64,000 bases of DNA, taken from NCBI RefSeq assembly GCF_006345805.1, contig NC_042998.1:189596001-189660000 (forward strand). The letters run 5' to 3'. The stretch is from Octopus sinensis (taxonomy: Eukaryota). The position numbers were made by a program, and so were the translations under genes. The notes below the pieces were generated by a model, which did no database searches, had not been told where the DNA came from, and saw nothing but the letters and a program-made list of their open reading frames with translations. This document shows, in pieces, positions 39,729 to 53,010 of the stretch (position 1 is the first letter of the stretch; each line of letters begins with the position of its first letter).

Positions 39729-40872
39729 CTAAAGAAAAAAAAAAAAAGAAAAGTTTATAAATTCTATCTTTCATGAAGATGCTTTCTCCGCTGTTAATTT
39801 AGGTTTAAAAAATTAAACAAATCATATTCAGAGCATCAGGTTTGAATGACAAACTTGAAAATTCTCATTAAACAATATGATGAGTTACAAAAATATATAA
39901 AATCATATGGATAGGAAAAAGAAGACATTGCAAGAATTTGCTTGACATATTATTTAGTTTAAATATCTACTATTATCTACTTGATAGATTACAATTTAAA
40001 ACTACTAAAACTACTACTGAATGTTCCAATTTAGTGTTTGTATGTTAAATCATGTCATAGTAGATAACATTGTCTGTAACCTGACCACTACATTTAACAT
40101 GTAGTGGTCAAGTTGACATTTAACATGTCAGCTTGACCACTACATTTAACATGCGTACAATTGGACAAAATAAATTGGAAAATATTTTTATATTAAATGG
40201 TGCAACGAGATTCAGTAAATGGAAACGTGATATAAATAGTTGTTTATAATAATTTCAAATCACATCTTTTTGGTAAAATATCAATGGTTTACAGTCTATT
40301 GTAATGTGTTTCATTATTCCCGATCACTCTCTATGACTACTCACTGTCAAAGTCACCGTTTAAACTTACCATTATATTTTAGAGTTTACTCCCTCTTAGT
40401 CATAATTCGAAGTTTCCTATTTAAATTAAAGGAAAACTATTTTTTTGAAATATTTAATGAAATATGACATCACTATATAAGGTCTTTGTGCTTTCCAATA
40501 ACTAAACGATGTTAACAGCATTAATAAATGTGAGCGTGATTCTGTTTCTGTCTTATATCCTTGTATATAATGTCAAATATCCCTATATCTATCGTCTTTT
40601 TTCGCTTGTTTCTAAATGTATTTCAAAGAAATATCTTCAAAATGCTACTTTTAAAGATAAACATAACTTTATATGCACCTAATTTACACAATATTGTGCT
40701 TGCCAGAAACGATCTATAGGTATATTCTGCAAAGGTGTCAGCAATTATTAATCGAACAAGCTGCCAAGAATGTGTCATTAATATAAAACTCTGTATTGTA
40801 TTTAATAAAGTTCTTTATAATAAGGGACAGTTAGAAAGGCAAACTTAGTTGATGATGATATATATTTATGCC

Positions 40873-40965
<93 letters not shown>
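40873..40965. repeat. (TATC)n microsatellite
   Basis: Directly visible. Confidence 0.95.
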
Positions 40966-41662
40966 ACATACATACATACATGCACATATACATAAACACA
41001 CACACACACAAATATATATATATATATACATACACGCACACAACACAAAACATACACGCACACACACTGTTTTGGCAAACTAAATTATTTTCTCATGATA
41101 GAAGGTATCTTGAGTCGTTGTTGGTGAAGTATATTCATCAGTGAGTTAGAAATAATATGCACACACATACACACGGACAAATACACACACGCACACACAC
41201 ACAGACACACACAAACACGCGCACTAGCGCGAAGTCAATATTTTTCAAAGGCCAAATCAATGCAATTTGAAAGATAGGAATAGAGAACAGCAGTTTACAC
41301 TTTATTTTATATTGCTAAGTTTTGCAGAAAACGGAGGATGGTGTCGACTTACGACATCATTCTACATTTTCTCCTGACGAAGGGGTATTCACATCGACAT
41401 ACAGAACTATAAGATAAAAACTTGTAAAGTATTGGCTTTTGAACAATCTTAACTTTGATATCACGCAATCCCTCACTCAAACTGCAACAAGCTAATGCTC
41501 ACATACATATATATAAACATACATACATATATACATACATACATACATATAAATGTGCATATATATGTATATATATACCTATGTGTGTATATATATATAT
41601 ATATATATTTCGTTTTTTGATTTGGTTTGCAAGATTCTTTATGTGAGTTCGTGTGTTGAAGC

Positions 41663-41860
41663 ATATTCTGTTGTGTCTGGGGATTGTCATTCTCTGTTGG
41701 TGCCTTATAATCTAACACACTCACCGGTAAAATTTCTTTTTCATTGCGTCTTGCAACCTTTTCAATAGTTTTGACTCAAAACTCTTGAGTCAAATCTATT
41801 GAAAAAGTGAGTGTATTAAATTATAAGGCACCAAAAGAGAATGTCTTTCCCCAGACAACA

Positions 41861-41866
<6 letters not shown>
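41663..41866. repeat. Nested inverted repeat (fold-back) in a (TA)n-associated repeat remnant
   Basis: Outer arms 41663-41724 and 41807-41866; inner palindrome 41759-41805. Confidence 0.85.
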
Positions 41867-41894
<28 letters not shown>

Positions 41895-42539
41895 ATAATA
41901 ATTTAAGGGAATATTATTCCAAACTTACAGGGAAAAATTCAATCTAGAAATACTAAATCAAATTTCACAAAATACTATATATATATAAATTAGAAAAGAA
42001 ACCACCTTTTATCAATTCAATATGAAAAATTAAATTACACCATCTAGAAAATTACATATAATAGAACTATTAAATATAAGATAAAAAATATAGCGATGAT
42101 TAAGTAATGTGCAAAATAATAAATATTCTACCAAGTATTTAAGTTTTATTTATTATTTTGACATTACTTAATCATCGGTATATTTTTTATCTTATATTTA
42201 ATATTTCAATTATATGTAATTTTCAAGATGGTGTAATTTAATTTTTCATTTCGAATTGATAGAAAGTGTTTTTTTCTAATTTATATATATATATACATAT
42301 AGGTAAATGTTTATATTCATATATATACACATTTAAATATGCATTAAATAACTATATATGCAGAACACATGCACAAACACACAAACACATATACGCACAC
42401 ACACATACACACTCTACCCCTCTACTCACACACATGTATATGTATATATGTGTATATGTATATATACTAACACAGTACTATCAAAACATGTGATATTTAT
42501 TTCTATCTCTTTTCTGTAATCCTCAATATTTTTGACTTC

Positions 42540-43140
42540 AATCGCTGCACTTCATTTTGTCTTGTTTTAGTTATTTCTCTCCATTTTATATTGTGTCTTG
42601 ATTTTGATACTTCTGTTAGTTTTTTTATTGTTTTGCTGCAGACCCTTTTCCCAGTTTATATCGAACATCAGCCTCTTTTTCAGTTCTTCATCTTTTCTTC
42701 CTTTTCCAGGTTTAGTTGTTTTTCTGTGTCTGGTAATTTCTCTGTCAGTTCGACTTTTAAATTAGCTGTTGTGTATTTTAATGGTCCTTCTTTCACTTCT
42801 TTACGTTTATAGCATCGATCTTCATCCTTCTGTATTATTCTCATTGGCAATCCCACATATTTCATTATTTTGCTCTTCGTCTCTTTATGCTGAGTTCCCT
42901 ATATTTTTCTCTTAATCAAAATCTGCCTCCACCTTTCCACTTCATTTCGCAATGTCTCCTTCCACACTCGTGAGTATCATATACGAGTATCGTTGTGTTT
43001 CTTCTTTTCTCTCACACTGTATACCTTTTATTTTATCCTGTTACCTCTCTAATCCCGTTTTTATTAATGTCTCCAATCATTCATATTTCCTTCTCTCTTA
43101 ATCGTATTTAACTTTGAGCGCCAGAATCATACAGAACTGT
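42540..43140 (-). mobile_element. Old LINE-like remnant (unclassified)
   Basis: Purine-rich minus strand with Lys/Glu-rich coding fragments (LREKYRELSIKRRR...). No diagnostic motif. Confidence 0.35.
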
Positions 43141-43969
43141 TCTTATCATCTTTTATGGAAGTCTTTGTATAGTAAACAGAAATCACTCACTCACTCACAC
43201 ATCTAATTTGTCTGTCTATCTGTATATCTATTTGTCCATCTGCCTGTCAATTTGCTTATGGTTGTCTCTAACATTGTGTATTTATCTACAAAGGCGTTCA
43301 AGCAGTGAACACTTGTCTTCGTGTTTTAAGCCTATCTAGAACTACATTTAATCAATATTCCATTCCCTTCTTTTAAGGCGGTAGGAAGTAATTTGAAAGA
43401 GATATGACTGCTATTACTATCAAATCGATCGACTACATTGCTTGTTTCTAAAACTGTGCTTATGTATGTATATAAGCATTTATGTATGTTGTATGAAAAT
43501 CACGATGTACGTCTTCACTATAGCAAGTCTGGTGATGGCCATAACTGTATGTAAAAGTAGGGGAAAAGTTCCCATATAGACAGATTTCAATGAAATGCTA
43601 TAAGGAAGTATTGAGTGTGTGGGTCTAGAGCTTTCGGTTTCGTTATTGTTGTTCGTAGATACGTTGATTCTTTACTATAGCATATAGGTTATGCAAGTGT
43701 CGTGTTGTAATGTATTCAGAGGCTGACTAATATCATGTGGGTGTAATTTAGCTGATGTAAACTACGAGGAAGCTCGTTCTGTGTGTGTGTGTGTGTGTGT
43801 TTGTGTGTTTGTGGGTAAGTGTTTTTCCAAATAACATAGCACTTCATGATGGATGCTCCGATGAAGCTGTAGGATGATACACAAGCATCAGCTATGAATG
43901 CATTACATCTTATAGGAGAAACAACTGTAAGCTAATGATATGACATAATTTCTAATTCCTTTGTCATTC

Positions 43970-44015
<46 letters not shown>

Positions 44016-44068
44016 TATATATATATATATATTATGTATGTATATATATATATATATATATATATGTA

Positions 44069-44147
<79 letters not shown>

Positions 44148-45125
44148 GTGTGTGTGTGTGCGTGTATGTATGAATATGTCGGTATGTATGTAACGTGTGT
44201 ATGTATGTGCGTGCGTCAGTTTATGTAAATGAATTTGAGTCATACTTCCCTTTATGTTAAAGACTAACTTAGTTATTTGATAAACAAAAATCCATAAAAT
44301 ATGCTTCAGACTGAAATAATTCCTAGGTCGATATGATCGACTAAAATATTTCAAGGTTGTGCCCCAGCATGGCCGCAGCCCAATGAGTGAAACCAGGAAA
44401 AGGACCAACTGATCCATAATACGTTTCCTGAAGGGTTTCACAACAAACTACGTTAAGTAAATGTAGGTTTTTGCATCAATGAAACTAAGTCATCCGGTCA
44501 TATTTATAACTCCCGACGTATCATCTATACAAACTATCCGAAGGTAACCAGTGCTGTGCTTTAGTCAGCTTCTAAGTAGTTCTGTCCAATTAATACTCAA
44601 TATTCTTTGTAGATAATACATAGTTAAGGATGAGTCAATTTCTAAAAAAGTATACATGAATGAAAATTTATATAACATGCACGCACCGCAATCGGGGCAG
44701 AGTTACAGGTACACATAACTTCAATGACAATGGAATATTTAAAATGGAATATTTAAAATTAAAACGCAACGAAAGAACATCCTTGAATATTTATATATTT
44801 ATACATATTCGAATTAGTTTCTTTTGTTTATTGATTATCAAACAGTACAAAATGACTTCAAGCCAATGCATTCGAATAAACAGTTTTACATAATACACAA
44901 TTGTATACATGTGTATTATGACGATATACAAATTATCACAAACAATTATACCCGAAGTGTCTTTTTTCAAATAAATATTCCATTGGTAATAATTGTGAAC
45001 TAAATTTATTTTAGCCTAATATTTGAGAGATATGGGATGTCATCACATTTCACATTCGCTACATGATTGACAATGAAATAAATTATTTTCCATTTCAGAT
45101 GGAGAATTCACATAAAAATACTTAC

Positions 45126-45449
45126 TGGCATAAGAACCCTCAGTCAGACCGTCATCTGACCGGTCATCAGCACTTAAAGAGCTATCCGGGTCACCATTAC
45201 GTTTCATTTGTCTAAAGTAAGGACTCCAGCGCTGCCTACCAGCATCTTTCTTTAACCGCTTCTCCTTCGCCCGTCGGTTCTGGAACCAAACCTGTACCAC
45301 CCTCATGTCCAGACCTGTTTCAACGCTTAGCTGTTCCCGAACATGACGTGCGGGTTTCGGACTTTCGTTGTAGGCCCTCTTCAGGGCTTCCAGCTGTTTG
45401 GCCGTGATGGTCGTTCGAGGTCGTTTGTTTCCTCCGTCCAGGTCGTATT
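45126..45449 (-). CDS. Lhx3: LIM-homeobox Lhx3/4 (Lim3) homeodomain exon (internal exon; gene 5' part not in window)
   Basis: Translation [67 protein letters not shown] is the Lhx3/4-class homeodomain with its characteristic KKDAGRQRW extension. Acceptor tttcttatttttatag|AATAC, donor GCCA|gtaagt; 324 nt, phase 1 at both ends. Confidence 0.96.
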
Positions 45450-45786
45450 CTATAAAAATAAGAAACATAGCTAAATCACAAGAAACAAAAGAACTCAAAA
45501 GCAAAACAAAATAATAGACAAAAACAAAAACAGACGACATATTTATATGCAAGAACTGAGCACCATTAAAATAGCACTATTAATGTTAACTACAACCACA
45601 TTCACTGTTGTAATTAATGACAGTCATTAATACTATATCTTTAAATATGACATATAAGAAGGTAGATAGAAGATAATAGTTCATGGAGTCAGTGAACATT
45701 TCAGCATGAAGAGATCACTGATATAGTTCACTCGATATGTATTCAGTTCAGCACCACCACCAACAGTTAGAATAACACACACACAC

Positions 45787-45832
<46 letters not shown>

Positions 45833-46382
45833 CATGTATATTTTATATATATATATATATTTATATGTATGTATATTACAAAAATGACCTGAGTGAAATA
45901 ACTCCGAGTGACCAGTGGCATGTATAGTCTATGAACAACACATACAAATAAAGGTATACCAAATACCGTACAACATAGATTTTTGATTTATTAAGATTAC
46001 CTCACCCTGTGTAGGGTGTGTCACAATTACCAATATGGTAACGAGAAAGGGACATAATTTCAAGAATGAAGAATTCTCCGAAGTCGACAAGCCATTAAAG
46101 AAAAAGAAACAGGCTTATTGTCGAGAGATAAGTGAACAGTCGTAGACATGTGTTTCTTCTTCAATAGGAGTCATTAGCAATTGTCCTATACTATCTCCAA
46201 AATCCAAGAGACACATAGACATATGCAAAAAGAGTAGAATTTGCATAAATTAAACGAAAATGTGTTAGGAGAAATATATCATGTAGCCCAGACTTACATA
46301 ATATATTCATAAAGTTTATCTCTCCACAGCTGATAATATAATGTAATATAATGTAATATAATTATGTATGTATGTATATATA

Positions 46383-47153
46383 CTTCCAGAAACACCCGTC
46401 ATTAACTGGGTTGAAAAAAGCTGCCAAAATTGTACTATGAATATTGAAAGTTATCCACTTAGATTGTATTGAACATGGCCGGAAATGGAACTTTTGGTGG
46501 GGCATCGTAGGAAGGTGAAATAAATGTTGAGTTAGTCGGCTGGCAGCACAGGAATCTGAAAGACATATAGGTATTAAGGAATGGTCATCATAGTTATACT
46601 GATTTTATTATGTTATCACTCTGAATGTATAGCATTCTAGACGGAATTTGTTGAAAATTTCGTGAAAAAGTATCCATTTTTCTGGAAGTTATGCGGCAGT
46701 AGTGAATGGAGGGAAACATCTGTAGTTATGCCTGAAAATCTGTTGTCGCTCCCATCAAAGCAGAATCGTTTGATCATTTTCACACAACTTCACATTTTGC
46801 TTTCATTCTTGTGTAGTTGTTTTCATGAATCTGTTCTATTTTACAAACGAGGTTCCACTTGAATCAACAGTATAGCTACAATTTCACCCATATGTAACTC
46901 CCCAATTTCATCTAAAACCATAATAAAATCAGTATAACCATGATGACCATTCCTTCACACCTATATGTCTTTCAGATTCCTGTGCTGCCAGCTGACTAAC
47001 TCAAACAACGTCTATTTCCCCTTCCTACGATGCCACACCAAAAGTTCCATTTCCGGTCATATTCAATACAATCTAAGTGAATAACTTTCAATATTCATAG
47101 TACAATTTTGACAGCTTTTTTTTAACCCATTCAACGACGGGTGTTTCTGCTAG
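46383..47153. mobile_element. 771-bp fold-back/MITE-like element with ~230-bp inverted arms
   Basis: Arms 46383-46612 and 46919-47153 are reverse complements with scattered mismatches. Termini CT(T/A)(C/G)CAGAAACACCCGTC; TA dinucleotides on both flanks. Confidence 0.88.
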
Positions 47154-48808
47154 TATATATATAAAGCGTATGTGTGTGTATGTGCGTGTGCGCATGCGCG
47201 TTTATATGACTAATACAAATACTTAAAAACACAAGCTTAAATTATTTTTCTTTAAAATATCTGAGAAGTCTACGACTCAACCGGACTCTATACATGGAAA
47301 AGTAACGAGTATATTTATACCAATGTAATACCTTACATTTATACAACAGCATCAATATATTTCTATTTTGCAAAATTACATATTGAGAAGTACAAATTGA
47401 ACGTGATTATTCTTCAGTTTAACTAGATAGTGTAGTCTGAAGAATCGAAAGAAGAAACTGACTGCAACTGCATTCAACTTGTACTTTTCAGTATATAAAT
47501 ATTTTACTGTAATTATGGCATCGAGTTTTCTCATTTTTGATGTTACGTCTGTACACTACACAATAAACGTTCACACACACACATACGTATGCACGCACAC
47601 ACACACTCGTGCTACAGAGAGTGAGAGAGAAAACAGTATGTTGTAAGTTGTAATACAAGGGAGAATTATAATTCAATAATGACAAGCTCTCAGACGATTG
47701 ACTAAATGTGATAATGATTAAACTACAGAAAAATCAACTTATCCCAAAAATTAATTATGCAGATTTTTACTTGCACGAATACATTACATGATTCACATTT
47801 AACTTGTTTAGCAGCTCAACATGCATAGAATTAGTTAAATCATAGCCAATATGTAATATTGTAATACATCCCATCTTTATTCAATACATTGACGAGGTTT
47901 GTGTACATAATAAATAATGAAAGATATAAATTATAAACGGTAACAAACAGTGAAAGGTATATTCAGTGTTCCATTGACTATTTACTCAATATTTTTCTCT
48001 AACAGTAACAAATAACCCGTTCACTTTATCAAGTAAAGATAAAATAAAACCCTCTGACAAAGAAACATTTTAGCTGCTTCTTGAGAGCTCGCTCACATCT
48101 GATCTGCTCATCTGATTTGTCATCTGATTATTTATTGCAATCCCATATCAGTACAAAATCCATCGAAATATTTTAAGCACTATTTGAGTTATAAAATTTG
48201 TTTCTGGCTTCAGGTGATGTACAAGAAAAGGTAATATGCTTCTGAGTACCTTGGTTAACCCCACTATCTTTCAATCTTATTGACTCAATTAATAACAAAA
48301 CCTATGGATGTTTTTTTTTCTCTCTTTGTTATTAAACATTCTAAGAATATTTATTTAATTTTAAGTCACTGATGTTTAGAAGTTACCCTCTTTTAAAGAT
48401 ACGTTTCTGGTTTTCCGAAATATCTCCTCAGACTTCCAACCAGAATAAATTAGTTAAGAGGTGGTCATGCCAGATTAAAATACCATCGTTCCAAGAAAAA
48501 TAGTGAAAATTGGATCAGTTGAACTAAATTTAGTTTTAAGAAATAATCATCTGAGGTGATTTTCCTTGCATTGTCTAATTACTAAAATTTAATTATAAAA
48601 TGTACTTTAGAAATATATTTATCGATGTTAGATTTTCCTACATTCTCATCTTACGGCTAATACTGCCAAGACGAACTGCCAAAGTGTTCAAAGATAAGAC
48701 ATAAGTAACAATGAAATAATAAGTCCATTACAATCTTGTACTATTTAAAAATACAGAATACGGAAAAATTCATTTCATCTTTACGCCGATCCCACAAAGT
48801 TTATTTAA

Positions 48809-49034
48809 GGTTGGCGACCTGGTAGAAACGTTAAGAAGCAAGATAAAAAGCTTAGTGATATTTTGTCGGTCACTACGTTCTGAGTTCAAATTATGCCGAG
48901 GTCGACTTTGCCTTTGTTCCTTTCGGGGTTGATAGAATAAGTACGAGTTGAGCACTTGGGTTGATGTTATTGGCTATCCCCCTCCACTAAGAAAAAAAAG
49001 TCAGGTTTCATGCCTATAGTAGAAAGGAATAATT
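48809..49034 (+). mobile_element. SINE, same head/core family, tail type B
   Basis: Decayed head, core GAGTTCAAATTATGCCGAGGTCGACTTTGCC, tail TGCCTATAGTAGAAAGGAATAATT. Confidence 0.8.
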
Positions 49035-49371
49035 TTAAAAAATAATGATAGGAAATAATGACACGGAAAGCAGAATAAAATTTACTATAAATATCGTTTT
49101 GACGGAGATTTTAAGGTTCGTCTGACAGATTATTCAACAACTGTGTTATAAAATAATACATTTAACAACACTATTTCAGTTTATCCAGTAATCTATTACT
49201 AGTTTATTCCCAAGGAACCTACTACACGTCGAACAATCTCCAAAGTAACAGGCTATTGGATTAGCCCTTAAACTCTATCCACACACACACGTGTAGCAGA
49301 GAAATGAGTAGTAAGTATTAAGTTAAAATTCTTTTATTGGTGAGATGATGGGGACTACTATCTCTAAATAA

Positions 49372-49392
49372 CATATATATATATATATATAT

Positions 49393-49452
<60 letters not shown>

Positions 49453-49531
49453 ATATATATATAAATATATATGTATGTATATATAAATATATATATGTAT
49501 GTATATATATAAATATATATGTATGTATATG

Positions 49532-49583
<52 letters not shown>

Positions 49584-49592
49584 ATATATGAA

Positions 49593-49652
<60 letters not shown>

Positions 49653-49699
49653 ATATATATGTATGTATATATATAAATATATATATGTATGTATATGTT

Positions 49700-49750
<51 letters not shown>

Positions 49751-49849
49751 ATATATGAATATATATTATATATATATATAATATATATATATTATTATAT
49801 ATATATATAATATATATATATATGCATATCAATATGTATACACATAAAC

Positions 49850-49916
<67 letters not shown>

Positions 49917-49925
49917 ATCTATCTA
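49372..49925. repeat. (TA)n field with higher-order duplications followed by (TATC)n
   Basis: Directly visible. Confidence 0.93.
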
Positions 49926-51032
49926 TCTAAGTAAATTTTTTATCCGACAGCTTTGTCAATTCACCGTCGTCTCCTTCTTTATGTGTGCCCGCGCGTGCGT
50001 ATTTGTGCGTGTATGCATATTAAGATAGGTGCATAAATAGAAAGTGAGAGGGAGAGATGAACCGAATCCATGCACAATCTAAGTTTTTCTGCATTTTCCT
50101 ATTTCCGATAAGAATTGTATGGGTCTATATGAAGAATATTTCGTTCTTGTCTGGGCCTTTAAAACAATTTACATTATTGATATAAAAAAAAAAAATATAT
50201 TCTTTGAGTGACCAATATCCTAAAAAACAGCTTTAAGAATCGCAAGATCGACTATCTCAAGAAAGAAAATATATTATAATGGTTCTCGTCACTTGCGTTA
50301 ATTTGTGTAGTTTTTTTTTTATTATCGAGAGATAATTCCTAGCAAGTTTTTTTCTTCATCTTACTTCTACGACTATTTCGTTCGATAATGTTTTTTCATG
50401 CCAAACTATTTTTTGGAGTATTCTTTATTTTTATAGTATCTTGGAGATAATTAATCAGCTATAAAGGTCACAGGGAATAACGAGAAATGATAAGAACAAC
50501 GAAACATCGGCTAAATAATAATATCTTAAAGAATAATGATTAACTGCCATAATTCAACAACAACAATATAATAGCTAAGATGATGAGGAAGAGGAGAAGG
50601 AGAAAAAGAACAATATCAATAACAACAACAACAATAGCAAAATAATAATAACTATTGAAAAACGATAGCGACGATATTTCGAAACAAAAATAAGCAATGG
50701 AAGAAAATATTGATAATAAAATTAGCAGAGGAAAAAAAAATGTTCCCAAAACACATCCAAACACAATTGTATGAAAGCAACATGAATATTAGCTGTCAAA
50801 AAATTAATAGATCTGTATATAAAGCTCAGTATATTAGTTATAGAAAATGAATCGTCAATTTCTTTGAGTAAAAAAAAAATAATAATAAATAGGAAGGAAA
50901 GATAATGTAAAATAAACAAAACAAAAATATATTGTTGCTAGGATGAGTTCAAGAAGAAAAATGTTAGAGCAACGCAAGTTTTTCTTTGACCATAGAAATG
51001 CAGAAGAATCTATGTATGTGGTGTGTGTGTGT

Positions 51033-51074
<42 letters not shown>

Positions 51075-51339
51075 TCTCCAGGGTAGAAGTCGCTCCCACG
51101 GGATTAAGACATCTCTTTACTCCGCCCAGCAACATCTACATGGTGCAGGTATTGTTTTGAAGATTTGTCATACTCGCCACTCTCGGTCTGTGGGTTGCCA
51201 GGCGTTCTTTTTAGGCAACTAGGCGGGATTTGAACTTAAAGTGCAGAGGGTTAAAACAAATATCGCAAAACACACACACACGCACACACATAAATAAACG
51301 TGATGTATATACACATACACACACACACACACTCATACG

Positions 51340-51375
<36 letters not shown>

Positions 51376-51851
51376 CATGCACACATATTTGTGTTTACAT
51401 ATGTACATACATATACACACATATGCATGCCTGTGTCTGTAAGTATGTGTCTGTGAAATGTGTGTATATGTGTATATATTAGTGGGAAATTTGAAGTCGA
51501 CATTTGTGAGCTATGAACTTCGTGCGATGAGAGTTTTCTAAATGCGACAAAACTTTTTGTAAAATATTCGTTCCTCCCCATAAACAAGATCACTGAGTTT
51601 TCAAAATTATACTCGCAGTTAATGATTTTTTGTTACATATTTTACGGATACATACTAGCCGAAAGTATGAAATATAAAAGTCATTTTGGTTGGAATTTGA
51701 ACTAAATGATTTAACTACAGAAAACATTTGTCTACTAGTACTATGCAAAAGTCCGACTCATGATCGCTGTGTCCCAATACTTGGATACCACCGTGAAACC
51801 ATCGTACAGAATGGGATAGACACTAAAATAGATACGAAACATGCAAAATCA

Positions 51852-52170
51852 AGGCGTAGGCGTTGCTTTGTGGTAAGAAGCTTGCTTCCCAACCACATGG
51901 TTCTGACTACAGTCCAACTGCGTGGTACCTTGGGCAAGTATCTTCTACTATAGCCTTGGGCCAATCAAAGCCTTGTGAGTGGATTTGGTAGACGGTAACT
52001 GAAAGAAGCTAGTCGTATATATACATACACACACACGCATACATATGTGTGTGTGTGTGTTCGTGTCTATATTTGTCCTCCGCCACCACTTGACAACCGG
52101 TGTTGGCATGTTTACGTCTTCATAACTTAGCGGTTGGGCAAAAGGCACCAATAGAATAAGTACCAGGCTT
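51852..52170 (+). mobile_element. CORE-type SINE with internal (CA/TG) microsatellite
   Basis: tRNA-like head GGCGTTGCTTTGTGGTAAGAAGCTTGC and CORE motif ACCTTGGGCAAGT; homologous to the minus copy at 53586-53991. Confidence 0.85.
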
Positions 52171-52861
52171 ATCAACAAAATAAAATAAAATAAATAAATA
52201 AATAAGTACTGGTATACTGTGTAGTAGTATATAGAGTTATAAGTTACCGGCAGAGATTGACGGAGTTAAAGATAGAACCTATACAAATCAGGAAAGAGAG
52301 TGGGCTAGACTGCTTCTGGAATATAATTAAGTATCGATCCAGTCAGGTAGTGGAATAATCTTTCAGTATCTCGATAGGTACTTTTCGTAGTGACGGTATT
52401 TCGTGAAATTCTCTGTTGTAATATTCAGTTTGACTGCAGGTGATCTAAGGTTATTGAGTATATAACTCTTTTCAGTTATAACCCGTGCTTAGGGTTGGTT
52501 TGATTGTGTTGATTTCTGCCTCGTAAATAATCGCTTTTGTATTGCATGGCTGACTGAAAAAACATACATTCGTATTCTTTGCATTTGCTGTTTGATTATT
52601 ATGTTTTTCATACTGATGATTTATTTGTAACTCAATTTAAGGGTATTTTTGTTAAATTGTTTTCTATTCAGTGGTTGATAAAATAAAAGTTTATTAAGGG
52701 TATTAATTTTTTTTAGCAATGTTTGACTTAATGTTTAAAGGTTAGGGAGAGAGAATCAGTTAAACGGGTTGGATTATTATAGGATGACGTAGGCTCAAGG
52801 TTAAATGTAATTTTATCTATGAATTTGCTTGCTTTTAGTGTATTATTGAAGTAGAGAACCG

Positions 52862-53010
<149 letters not shown>

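Larger units (their letters stand above)
39729..45125 (-). other. Lhx3: Lhx3/4 intron (GT-AG, 5397 bp)
   Basis: Defined by the GTAAGT donor at 45125 and the polypyrimidine/AG acceptor at 39729; the reading frame is preserved. A skipped micro-exon cannot be excluded. Confidence 0.8.

Noticed and set aside
43858-43898. CCGATGA-A-GCTG...CAGC hammerhead-like core
   Set aside because: GAAA is not adjacent to stem II (TATGAAT follows) and there is no stem I or III; indistinguishable from chance.
45450-45552. N-terminal extension [16 protein letters not shown]... of the homeobox ORF
   Set aside because: It lies upstream of a clear polypyrimidine/AG acceptor and is intron read-through. The same applies to 39729-39774 and 45043-45125.
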